Shown: positions 52,664 to 64,000 of the stretch, piece after piece
Layout: each line of letters begins with the position of its first letter
How positions within the stretch are numbered: position 1 is the first letter of the stretch
Assembly (NCBI RefSeq): GCF_006345805.1
Contig: NC_043001.1
Location: 87,172,001-87,236,000, forward strand
DNA length: 64,000 nucleotides
DNA from: Octopus sinensis
Lineage: Eukaryota
Direction: 5' to 3'
Translations under genes and position numbers: made by a program
Notes under the pieces: generated by a model
Told to the model about the DNA's origin: nothing
Database searches by the model: none
Seen by the model: the letters and a program-made list of their open reading frames with translations, nothing else

Positions 52664-53094
52664 CCCTTTAGTATTCAAACTGGCCATATGTAGCCCAAAT
52701 ATTCTACCCATTTTATGCTTAACATTTCATTACTATATTTCTTTTGAAATGCTGTTTTTCTTTCAATTAATTCTAAGTATAACAAAGAATTTAGTAAAAT
52801 AACTTAGTTATCATTAAGCTAGTGTTAGGAACATAAGGTTTGGTGGAAGATTTTAATTCAGAACTTATGAAAACAAGACATTTGTACTACAGAGCCAGAG
52901 GCGGTTTCAGCTGTGTTGGTATCGAAAGGGTTAAACTGGCCAGATCTGGACTCTTACACCTACCCAACAATATCATTCTAAAAATAAGCAATCACATCAT
53001 CAAAATCTCAGAGCTACATTGATAATGCTTGATTAATACAAAACCATGTGAATAAATAAGTATTACATTTGACGGTAATTTGAATGCTAATGGA
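52664..53094. mobile_element. Nested TTAA-type MITEs (family 1 at 52723-52930 inside family 2)
   Basis: Outer TTAA|CCCTTTAG..TGCTAATGGA|TTAA; inner element flanked by TTAA at 52719-52722 and 52931-52934, ending GGTATCGAAAGGG. Confidence 0.75.
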
Positions 53095-53239
53095 TTAATA
53101 ATCAACTAGCTGGGATTGATTAATCTTTAACAAATCACAGAGTTAATTAATGACTTTGACTTTGTTCTATTTGGGTTTTTTGGGCGGAGGGGTGTTTTTT
53201 TTTTGCTTTTTTTTTTGTTACACTTTACATGTGTCGCAG

Positions 53240-53355
53240 GTTATTTGTCAGATGAATTGCTTTTACTGTTGAATGATGCCTCCTGTTAGTAACCATTCAA
53301 TCTTGAAGTAAAAAAATTAGCAAAAGTAATTTAGAGAACTTTACAAAAAGCCACT
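53240..53355 (+). other. Candidate exon (45 nt to GTTAGT at 53285, or 116 nt to GTAAGT at 53356)
   Basis: Long T tract + GTGTCGCAG| acceptor; the 45-nt form reads (G)YLSDELLLLLNDAS in phase 1-1; the long form has stops in all frames. Confidence 0.25.
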
Positions 53356-54159
53356 GTAAGTCATTAGATTGTATACCATTTTATTTTGTTTGGTGGTGTT
53401 CAAAAGACCAAAAACGCTTATAATGTTTTAAACTTATCATTTATCTGTAGTCTGGTACCTTAACCTCACTGCTAATGCACTTCTTACAATATACTTTACA
53501 ATTTTTATAGCTTTGTTAGGTAACTTTCAAAGGCTAACTAAATATAGTTATGTGGTGATAAAAAACAATATTGCGTCAGTTCCCTACTGATAGCATTAAA
53601 AGAGAGGGATATCTTTGCAATTGAAAAAAATAGTAGAGTTGTTATATAAACCACACATATGGGCTGGATTGGACTTTGTGTAAATATTTATTTTTCGCTG
53701 TGTTAAACTTGAATATTTGCATATTTGATAAAGAAAGGAAGTGACATGTACTGTTTGTAAGAAAAGTGATTTACATTGTGTTGCTGGTAGCAAATACTGG
53801 TATATATTATTTAATTATTTTCATATTATTTTCTTCCATTTTTTTTTTTTTTTATCCTTTGGAAAATACAGAAGACAATCAGGATATGTTTCTGTCTTAT
53901 AATCTCATTAGCAGAGCATAACTTTCATCATATATGGATGGAGTCTCTGTATTATTTATGCAGTGTCTAATCTAGTTTAGCTCAGCATGTTTGTTTGAAT
54001 TCCTTGGTACTAATTCAACCTCCAGTATGAATATAATGATAGACTTTAATTTGCCGACTTCTGAAATGCTTAAAGGTAATAAAAAAAAAAGACAAACAAA
54101 AAAGCACATCGACCAATCTTGATGCATATAGGGAACTTGGACTGTCTTATTGTTACCAT

Positions 54160-54490
54160 AATCTTTGTTGTGACTGCTGGTGGCACATAAAAAGCACCAT
54201 TCGAGCATGGTCAATGCCAGTGCCACCTGATTGGCTCCTGTGCCGGTGGTATGTAACAAGCACTATTCAAGTGTGATCCATGCCAGTGCTGCCTGACTGG
54301 CCCCCAACCCTGTGGCATGTAAAAGGCAGCCACTACACTTGGAGTGGTTGGCATTAGGAAGGGCATCCAGCTATAGAAACCTTACCAGAACAGATTGGAG
54401 CCTGGTGCAGCTTCCTGGCTTGCCAGTCCTCAGTCAAATCATCCAACCCATGCCAGCATGGAAGCAGATGTTAAACAATGATGATGATGA
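54160..54490 (+). mobile_element. Retroposon family C
   Basis: GGTGGCACATAAAAAGCACC subunits..AACCCATGCCAGCATGGAA..(GAT)n. Confidence 0.78.
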
Positions 54491-56087
54491 TTATATTGGA
54501 TCTGCTTAGTTCCATGTTTTGGTATTATCCAATCATTTCTATAGCTCTTCTTCATTAATGATTATATCAAAGCTATTTCAAATGGTCTCAAACAAGGGGT
54601 TGGCTGTTGTCAACTAAATTTGGAAGATTAAAAGCTGCTTCACTAGTGATTGCGAAAAGAACCCAAGAGGAAGTTTGACACAGAGAAAAATGTACTAAAT
54701 TGTGAGTAATTGTTTTTTAAATGAGGACAGAATAGGAAACTGTAGGTTGGGATAGTCAAAGAGTTGGTTTCCTGTGGTTGTGACATAGTTGGCCCCTCTA
54801 CCTTAACTACCACCACCAATACCATCATCATCTTCAGTATCACTTTTGACACTTATTAACCACTATCACCACAATCATATTTGCTAAACCATACTGCTTT
54901 TTCCACCAACACCACCTTCACACTTACTCTATCTTTATAACACTTAACTTACTCTGTCTTTATGACACTTAACTGCACTTGTTATTACTATATATATTGT
55001 ATTTTATGTATAAGTATATATACTTATATATTTTATGTGTAAAATATCTTGTATATATATTTTATATATATACTTATATTTTATGTATAAGTATATATTT
55101 GTTCATGCTATATCAAGTAATGTAGTTCTCCTATATAAAATTTAGTCACAGTATTGTCTGTTATATGGTATTTTTTATACTGTATGAAGTGTTTGATATT
55201 AAACAGTCATTACTCTTACTGGTGTAAAATAAATCTAGTTTTCATTCAGTTTATATTACAGAAAGAACAATCCCTTAGAATTTTTAACTATATAATGCCT
55301 TTCAAATAGATGCTCATTAGTGTTCATCATTAAATCAAAGTACATTTAACACTGAAAGAGTAAGTAAATTCAGAATACATCACATCAAGCAGCGAAGAAA
55401 CAGTCTAATGATACTGTATAAAACTTGTGAGAGAACTATGCCCTTTGATCTCCTACAAATGCTGGTAATAAAATCAATCTTCGATGTCTTTTACTCATGC
55501 TTCAATAGCTTAGGTCCTCAAGTAAGCTAATTAAATTTCCGAAGTCTTGTAGAGATGGGGAACAAAAAGGCACTGTATTATCTCTGTTTTTAATGCTATA
55601 AATTTTGCCTTCTTGATCTAGGAAATATCGAGCAACTCGCATGCATCTCTTTGATCAGTAACTTTATACAGTTTATTATATACACTGAAATACTTTATAT
55701 ATGCTGATATCTTATCAGCATGGAAAACTGATGTTAAGTGATGATAATGTGTGTGTATTATATCATACAAATTTTGATCAGTTAAATCATATTTATCAGT
55801 CATGTAATGAGATTTCAGTCAGGATTTATAATTAAATATAAGTACTTTAGTAGAAGCCAATTCAGTTGATGTAATGAAACCAGAGACAGTTTTGGTTGTG
55901 TCAGTATTGAGCTTATATCATAGATATAGAATAAAGCAGCAAAGAACATTTGGCAGTTCTGCCAGTCAAAGCATAGTGTAAATAATCACCTGAGATTAAT
56001 TGATTAATCTTTATCAATTAATTTACAATTACTTTTTCACAAAATAGTTTGATTTTTTTGTCATATATATATATATATATATATATA

Positions 56088-56300
56088 TATCATCACACAT
56101 CTGTTTTCCATGCTGGCATGGGTTGGGCAGGTTGCCCTACCTCTGATTATTTTGGTATGGTTTCTACAGCCAGGTATTCTTCCTAATACCAACCACTTTA
56201 CAGAGTGTACCGGGTGCTTTTTACATGACACTGGCATGGGTGCCTTATACATGGTACTGACATGAGGTGCTTTATATGTGGCACCAGCATGGGTACTTTT
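56088..56300 (-). mobile_element. Retroposon family C, degenerate
   Basis: TTTTCCATGCTGGCATGGGTTGG..CCTAATACCAACCAC..GGTGCTTTTTACATG. Confidence 0.65.
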
Positions 56301-58071
56301 TACATTAATTATATATTTATAATTAAGGTGTTGAAATCACCATGAAATCTGGGTAGATTGCTGGTGAAGAGCTTCCAAGTTCATGTCTGTTTTGGTTTTT
56401 CATCTTTCTGGGCCAACTTTTTGAATTGCGTATTCTACCATATGCAGTTTCATTTTCACGCACAACACATACAAGTATACATATAGAGTGTGTGTGTGAT
56501 AATCATTGGTGACTGTAACAAATTCCATGTAACCCATGCACACATGAATAAATGGATGCTAAAATAATGCTGCTACTGATGATGATGATTTTGCTATTCT
56601 TCTGTTTCTCCCCTATCGATGCCTGTTTCTTTCTCCCTATCAGTGTCTCTGCATCACCTCCAATCATGAAGTCTTTCAGGATTTTTCCTTCTTTACACAT
56701 TTTATTTAACATGTTAAGACTACATAAAAGTGTGAATGTACTTCAACTCTGTTTAAAGATAACATGTTGTTATCAATGTTACTTCCATTCTCTGCAGTCT
56801 CTTATTAGGAAATTTTTATACCAGGCTACACAGGATGTCTGCTTGATAATTTTCTACACATGTCTCACAGCAGCTTGCAAAGGTCACTAAATTTATCTTC
56901 ATAATTAATTATACAGCATTTATTCTTTTTGCTTTCATTTTTTCTTGTCTTTTCTCCAAACCACCAGACACAAGGGGTTATATATATATTTAGAGTTTAC
57001 AAAATACTGGTGTTACATTAAAAAGGAATATTTTTGATGGTTTTTTGTATCTATGATTTTTTTTCCTTCAAACTGTCATGTTAAATTCTAAATGAGATTT
57101 TATTGTTACTTGTATTATTGTAACATATTGTTAGTTTCTTTTAACTATTTTCTTCATACTGGATGTGTTGCTGACACAGTACTTCAAATGGCTTTGCTCA
57201 AGCATATTACCTGAAGATAATTAAAGGAAATAACAGTTAAAAACATAAAATATGTCAGCAACTTCTAACACCAGGAAAATAGTAAAAAAAAAATAAAATA
57301 AATAGATGAAATATTATTGTAAAATCAACTTAGATAAATATTTATGATATCATAAAGTCAACTTGAACTTAATAATAATTATGATCCCATTAATAAATGT
57401 TTTGTTAATATTCATAAATCTTCAGTAAAATAACCTTAATTTAACACTGAAAATCATTAATATAAACTCATAACAGAATCATTGAAGCACTTATCAGCAG
57501 AGATCCGACATAACTAAGGTACGGTCTAATACCTAAGTTACTTCAAGGCAATAGGTTAAAAAGCAGTAAACTCAATAGGTGAACATTTTAAATGTATTTT
57601 GATATTTAAAAGTTTACTTTTCTCAGTGACCATCACCCTAAATTTTTTTTTTATGTACATTTGTGATTTGTCTCCCATCTTGAATCCTATCACAAATATT
57701 TATACACACCTTTCATTGTTACAAATAGTTTTAATAACAGAAGTTTACACTAGATGTTTATCTAAAGTAATGAGGAATACTGTACTAGGTATCATTGCTT
57801 GTGTAAGTCTAGCCAAACATCACATATAGGATTGTACTGTGTCATCATACATCAAATTGTTATATCACTGTCTATGTTTTGTGCCAGATAACATCACTCA
57901 CTCGGATTCCACAGCTATCTTCATACCACAGAGTTGCTCAGCTGTAGCTAATTTGGTGTTCTTTATAATGACTTACATTGTAGAATGAGGAGAAATAGTT
58001 GTTGTTATTGAGAAATGTATTGCTGCTGTTGATTTTTCATTTCATCCTTATATGGTCAATAAAATGAATTA

Positions 58072-58323
58072 CCTTTCTCTGTTTCTTTCTCTCTTTCACG
58101 CTTCAACCTTCTCACTCACTTTCTCTCTTCTCTCCACTCTCCCTCCCTCTCTTCTCTCACCCTCTGCTTTCTTCTCTCTCTTTCTGCTTTCTTCTCTCTC
58201 CCTCCCTCTCTTCTCTTACTCGTCCTCTCTCTATCTTCTCATGCTCCCTCTCTCTATCTTCTCTTTCCCTCCCTCTCTCTATCTTCTCTCTCTCTCTCTC
58301 CCCTTCTCTCTTCTTTCTCTATC
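58072..58323. repeat. CT-rich polypyrimidine low-complexity tract
   Basis: About 250 bp almost entirely C/T; explains the S/L-rich ORF 58052..58336. Confidence 0.9.
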
Positions 58324-58759
58324 AAAAAATTGGTGAAAGTAAGAGTCATTGACTTCTAATGATTACACATGCTTTTATGTAAATAGAACAACCTGACCTG
58401 AAATTGTACTATAACAGTTTATCTATTAGGTTAGCAGAGTGAGTGGAAAACAAGAAATTAAGGTTGTTCAATATTTATGTAAAGGGATCTTTACTGAAGA
58501 CTGAAGGATTTAGTATTTAGACAGAACAAAAGAACAAAAGGGTTCTTTTGGTAAACAGGCTGAGTTCAGGTATACCAAAAGGTTTTGTACTTATTGATGT
58601 AAATGTGAACATGTGCTAAGAATTTAGTGAAGTTGTTATTAATATTTAGTTTGTTTCAGTGAGATTAGGCCAGGGATGATCTGTAACAAATTAGTAAATA
58701 TTTCTTTTAGGGAGATGGTGTTGGTGTTTGATAGTATCTGATAGCTAAATTTGTTTGAC

Positions 58760-59128
58760 CTTTGATGGTCCCACTAAAATAACAGATATATATACCAACC
58801 ACATAGTTCCAGGTTCAGGCTGAGCAATGCCTTGTGAGTGGATTTGGTAGATGGAAACTGAAAGAAGCCCATTGTGTGTGTGTGTGTGTGTGTGTGTGTA
58901 TAAATATAAATATACATACATATATATATATACATGCTTGTGTGTCCCCCCCCACCATCGCTTGACAACTGATGTTGATGTGTTTACGTCCCCGTAACTT
59001 AGCAGTTCGACAAAAGAGACCAATAGATTATGTACTAGGCTTACAAAGAATAAGTCCTGGGGTCGATTTGTTTGACTAAAGCCGGTCTCCATCATGGCCA
59101 TGGTCAAAAGACTGAAACAAATAAAAGA
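58760..59128 (+). mobile_element. SINE family B (partly deleted head)
   Basis: CCTTGTGAGTGGATTTGGTAGATGGAAACTGAAAGAAGCCC..(TG)n..GACTGAAACAAATAAAAG. Confidence 0.8.
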
Positions 59129-59137
59129 TTATATATA

Positions 59138-59448
59138 CTGGATTATCCCGTAAATAATGTGGGTTTTTTTATACTTTTATTTTTCAAAATTAAGATAAAT
59201 GAAGTTCTTTTTTAATCTGGTAGACTTGCAAGGCCCATCTTCCAAAATTTACTTGTCCTTGACGAAAAATACTCCCCCAATATTGTTCTTTCCTTGTCTA
59301 CAGAATTCTTTTTTTTTCCGTCCAAAATATTTTGAAGACTGCAGAACAAATGATAATCAGATGGGGCAATGTCTGGCAAATATGGTGGCTGGGGCATCAT
59401 TTCCCATTGGAACTGTTCAAGCTTTTGGAGTGTCATCCTCGTTGTATG
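59138..59448 (-). mobile_element. Mariner (Tc1/mariner) remnant: terminal repeat plus transposase C-terminus
   Basis: TA|CTGGATTATCCCGTAAATAATG TIR-like end at 59138; truncated at ~59448 by a family D SINE (~59449-59770). Confidence 0.8.
59210..59448 (-). pseudogene. Mariner transposase fragment
   Basis: HTTRMTLQKLEQFQWEMMPQPPYLPDIAPSDYHLFCSLQNILDGKK matches the mariner HPPYSPDLAPSDYHLF motif containing the third catalytic Asp; premature stop follows. Confidence 0.85.
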
Positions 59449-61009
59449 TAGCCTTGTGAATGGATTTGGTAAATAGGGGAAAAAAAAAGAACTGAAAGAA
59501 CTCCACTGTGTATATACATTGTGTGTGTGTGTGTGTGTGTCCTTGTCTTGATATCATGTGGTTCTGTAAATGAGGGTTGTAAATGAGTGTCATTATCATA
59601 CCAACAGTATCATTCATTTCCAATATTCTGCAAAAATATATCTATCCATACTTGGGAGCAGGTAGAGATTGGCAATAGGAAGGGCATCCAGTTGTAGAAA
59701 ATCTACCTCAGTAAATTTTGTTCAATCCATGCAAGCATGGAAAAGTGGTCATTAAAAAACAATGATGATATAATTTTTTCAGAAAAAGATTTCATCTAAG
59801 CAGTATTATAACAATGTGCAATGATTTTTAGAAATGGATATGCCTGTGTGTGTGTGTGTGTGTTACTATGCACCAAATGTTTAGCTCCCAAACCATCTGT
59901 CCTCCAAACAGTTTGCAGCTAGACAGACTGTACTGACAGAGAAGGTTTCTGCTAGCATAATTACAGCAATTGGAAACCAAAATTGTAATGTAGCCTTTTA
60001 CTTAACATCCATTTGGACTGCGTATTTAATTGTAAACAGTTAGTGGTGTTCCAGAAATGTAAGATCTAACGTTGATAATCATAGACACTCAAATTGTATT
60101 TTAGTGTCCACTAAAATGGACAGCGTATTGCTCACAACATTGATGATAGGGAGAAATTTTTTTTTGTTTTTTTTTGTATATATCATTATATCCTTTGATT
60201 AAAATCACAAAAACTAAATAACACTGAAATTCTGTTTAAAAAAAACTCTAGATTTAGGTCACAGTTAAAGTGCTATGTGTGTATAAGTGCAAGTATTTTT
60301 ATATGCTAAACAAAGGCTACAAGAAAATGTGTGTGAGCATACATGCACACATCTGTGTGTGTATATCATCATTATTTTTTGACGTCCACTTTTCCATGCT
60401 TACACATGTCAGACGGAATTTGTTGAGGTAGATTATCTGTGACCAGAGGCCCTTCATGTTATCAGCCCTTACCTTTTACCAGCAAGGTAATATTTTCCAG
60501 TGGCTGGACATGTTTTCATGGAATATTGGAAACATACATACATACACTTCAATAAACAAGGGATTTAAATATAAGCTACTATATTAATCTTGTGTTTGTT
60601 AAATGATATATGTCTTTCACTAGATGGAATACTTTCTTTGTTGATTCTCCTGATAATGGAACAGTACACTATATATATATATTGGAACTATAATTAACTC
60701 TAACAAATGTGTGTGTATGTGCTATAATTTAACTTATTTGTGAGTTAACTTAAACTTGAAATACAATTTCAAATGATCTGTATTGCACCAAATTCAAAAG
60801 TATCAAAATACTTGCATTTTAATTCTGTGACTTGTTAGTCTTTTAAATTAGCTTTGACATTTCAATGTATTGTGCATTTTGTGAGTGTTATTCACAGACA
60901 TATGCATCTCTGTTTTTGTAAAAACTTCAAGTAGGACATTTATTTTTAAGAGGTTCCTCTCTGTGTGTTCTCATTTTATATATCCCTAAGGTGTTTGTAT
61001 GTATGATTT

Positions 61010-61320
61010 CATAAGCTGCAGACTTGGTTAAGAAGTTTACTTTCCGACCACATGATTTTGAGTTCAATCCCAATACATGCACCTTCAGTGAATGCCTACT
61101 CCTATAGCCTTAAACTGATCAAAACCTTATAAGTGGATATGGTAGATGGAAACTGAAAGATACCCATCACATCAGTGTTTGCATCTCCTTGTCTTGATAT
61201 CATGTGATATTTGTCAGCAAGTACCATCTTATGCACACAGTGTCATTTGTTTCCTGTCTTCGCTGAAAACATGTTCAGTTAAGGAAACACTATTACCTTA
61301 CTGGGAAACAGGTGTACAAA
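61010..61320 (+). mobile_element. Degenerate family B/D SINE
   Basis: GGTTAAGAAGTTTACTT..GAGTTCAATCCC..GGTAGATGGAAACTGAAAG..CCTTGTCTTGATATCATGTG. Confidence 0.6.
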
Positions 61321-61944
61321 AAAAAAATCCATAAAATAATTTGCATAAATGAATTCTTTCTGAATCAGGCAAGCCTGGAATAGTAGATGTTGAAATAATA
61401 ATGGACAATGATCATTTCAAACCATTAGCAAATGTAAATTCTCTCCCTAGTCTTTTTTGACAAAAATGATCATTTATCTAATGAGCTTCCTTTTCGTTAT
61501 GAGCATAGTAATTTCAAATGATTTAAATTGTGTTGTGTTAACCTACAAACTTTACTGTATGTTGTTCATGCAGAAAACACTTTTGCAAATTTTCAAATGT
61601 TCTTATTTTGAATTCTATGATATTGAATTATTCTTACATAAAAACTATATCCTCTCAGTCGTTCTAAGAGCCCATAAGTACATGTTAGTCTGTATTTTTC
61701 TAAGGAGGCATAATAAGATTGAGAAATGTCTAAAATTGAGCAAAGATCAGAATCACTCTCCTTGTATGTCTTTATTTCTTAAAATTAAATTTCAGTGTTT
61801 TCTCTTTTACTTTGCTTGACAAGAATTGTTCACCAATTCCCATGAACTTTCTTATTGTTATGGGTGTAATTACTATTGATTAGAAATTTTTTATAGTTTT
61901 TGCTTACTAGTCAAAATAGGGGGTGAAGTTAAGAGCTTGAATAT

Positions 61945-62022
61945 CAGATTATGATGACATTGCATAGGAGGTGCCAACTGACCAAATGAATTATGTTTGA
62001 TTTCTACAAGACACTGAATTTG
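61945..62022 (+). ncRNA. Candidate box C/D snoRNA
   Basis: C box ATGATGA 61951-61957, D' CTGA 61978-61981, D CTGA 62014-62017, terminal stem CAGAT/ATTTG; no rRNA target recognised. Confidence 0.25.
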
Positions 62023-62044
62023 AAAGACCTATTGTCAAATATGT

Positions 62045-62320
62045 GAAGGTACATGACCTAGTGGGTTGGATGTTTCACTCCTGATCATGAGATCATAGTT
62101 TCAATCCCCAGATCAGCAGTGCATTGTGTTCTTGAGCAAAATACTTCATTTCCCATTGCTCTAGTCAACTCAGGCTTGAGATCCAGCAATAGCCGGGAAG
62201 TTAGCCCTGTGACAAACTAGCATCCCATTCAGGAGTGAATGTTGTAATCTCGATTATTTATATGCTATGGAAACTAGGTTAAGTACTGGCCTTGTGAATA
62301 CTAGGGCTAATGACAGAAGT
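62045..62320 (+). mobile_element. tRNA-derived SINE, distinct family F, degenerate
   Basis: CCTAGTGGGTTGGATGTT..TAGTTTCAATCCC head, then GTGTTCTTGAGCAAAATACTTCATTTC..CCCTGTGACAAACTAGCATCCCATTCAGG. Confidence 0.6.
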
Positions 62321-64000
62321 AAGAATGTTTACCATACTAATATGGACATGTAACACAGACATATTGTATCAGGGTAGTAGAGGATAAATGAAGTAGAAGT
62401 TGGTCAAACAAATGATTAAGATTGATTATTGATTTCAGCCTGAGGGGTTTCAGCCAGCCTCTTAGACAAAGTGATACTGTATTACTAACCTGTGAGTGAA
62501 TACAGCTTATATTGATTTAGTTTAGCTTTGCTTTGGGCTGAGGTGTGTGTGTATGTGCGCAGTTTAATCCAAGGAGGAAACGCTGTGCCAATGATCTTTG
62601 CAGGACCTTCAAAACTAGAGGTTTTCCAATATCCTTATTTGCTATATTGCAGAAATTTTATTAGTATTTTTGTGAGATTTTATTGGTTTGTGTTAATTTC
62701 CAGACAATATTAGAAGAATATGGAGAGGTGGACATTGCTTCTGTATGTCCTATACAAATGATAATGTCATGTTATATTTCTCTGAGTAATTCCAGAGATA
62801 AATGTCTGGAATCTTAACTAGCTGGTTTTTTAAATCTTTTAGTTGAGAAAGAAGGTAGTGACCGTGACCATTACAGAGCCTCTTTAACTTGGCCTTACTG
62901 CCTCCAGTAGGTATCCAAGGTGTCAGATGAAGGCATTAAATTGAGCAACAGATTAAGTCTACTACCCAAGTGGCCCATGGTGGGACTTAAACTCAGAACA
63001 TATAAGCAAGGTATCTAGGTCAACAGTCTAATAGATCTACCAATCCGCCATCTAGGACTGATAGTTTTTTTTTTAACCCCCAAAGAATAAATAGTAAAGT
63101 TGATTACAGCAGGATTTGAACTCAGAGCACAGAGCATGGGAACAAATATCACAAGACATTGTATCTGACATAATGACTTGCCACCTTGTTGTTCTTGGTA
63201 GTCTCTCCAGTCTGAGAAGGACAATTCTGCTATTTCTTGTTGAACTACCTTCACAGATTATTTGTCTAAAGTGTTCAAACTGTTCATGCTGTACATGAAC
63301 TCACTCTCTCCATGAAGTTGACATCTCCTATACAGGTGCTCAGTGTGCCACGCATCAGATATCCAAATGATTGCAGACCTCAAGGTCCAGGATTCAAAAC
63401 CACGATCTTATGATTGTAAGTGCAACACCACAACCACAAGGTCACATGCCCTCACTTTGCCAAGTTGTTGCCTACACACAAGATATATATTACATACAAT
63501 TGGACTGATTGTTTGAATATGTTTGATATATTTGGTATTTTCCTTAAACTTCTCCATGTTGAATTTTAAAGATGAGTCAAACACTCCATAGGACATAAGA
63601 TTAACAGAAGTAGCATATGTAGGAAGAGTACGGTTAAATAGTAAAATATATAAAGAAGAGTACAGTTAAATAGTAAATTATTAATACTGTCATGCCACCA
63701 AAGAGTGGAACTTGGAATGAAAAGTTTATTTTGTGTAATTAGTGAATAAAATGAACATTTAGCTTCCAAGCTGGTAATATAATCTGTTATGTGTTAAGTA
63801 GTTAATTATTCCTTGAGCTCATGGGAATAATTATAAAAGATTTTAATATCCTCATATTAAAGAATATATAATTTCTTTACTAAATCAACATGAGGTGTTG
63901 AAGCCACTCAAAACATCTGTGTATTCCACTTAATTAAACATAATCACTTTTTAAAATTCATCTCCCCCCCCCCTCTCTCTCTGCAACTTCTGCTTTCAAT

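Noticed and set aside
59919-60038. Possible 120-nt phase 1-1 exon
   Set aside because: Weak polypyrimidine tract, GTTAGT donor and unrecognisable peptide; within chance expectation.
63617-63680. Short tandem duplications (also 33727-33772)
   Set aside because: Two-unit slippage duplications with no further structure.

Overview
AT-rich, repeat-dense eukaryotic DNA whose repeat families and (TA)n/(CA)n/(GAT)n microsatellites strongly resemble octopod cephalopod (Octopus) sequence; this is recognition from memory, not a database search. No protein-coding gene is recognisable, and nearly all ORFs in the track are repeat or microsatellite artefacts. The first ~4.7 kb are CpG-rich and carry an adjacent E2F + CCAAT motif pair; the rest is CpG-depleted and looks T-run-biased on +, suggesting the intron-dominated body of a long + strand gene with only small candidate exons (low confidence). 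Well-supported content is transposon-derived: tRNA-derived SINE families, CR1- and RTE-type LINE 3' fragments, a mariner transposase remnant, a hAT MITE with a perfect 8-bp TSD, TTAA/piggyBac-type MITEs (one nested) and a ~2 kb non-autonomous Helitron. The most notable signal is an inverted Penelope-like element at 43.8-44.2 kb combining a tRNA-like B box with a minimal type I hammerhead ribozyme (core intact on +); two more decayed hammerhead-like motifs occur. Other leads: a near-identical 185-bp direct repeat flanking a CpG-rich insert, two 15-nt microexon candidates, a CpG-retaining structured island, a C/D snoRNA candidate and a diverged local duplication preserving an octamer motif. SINE/LINE boundaries are approximate.
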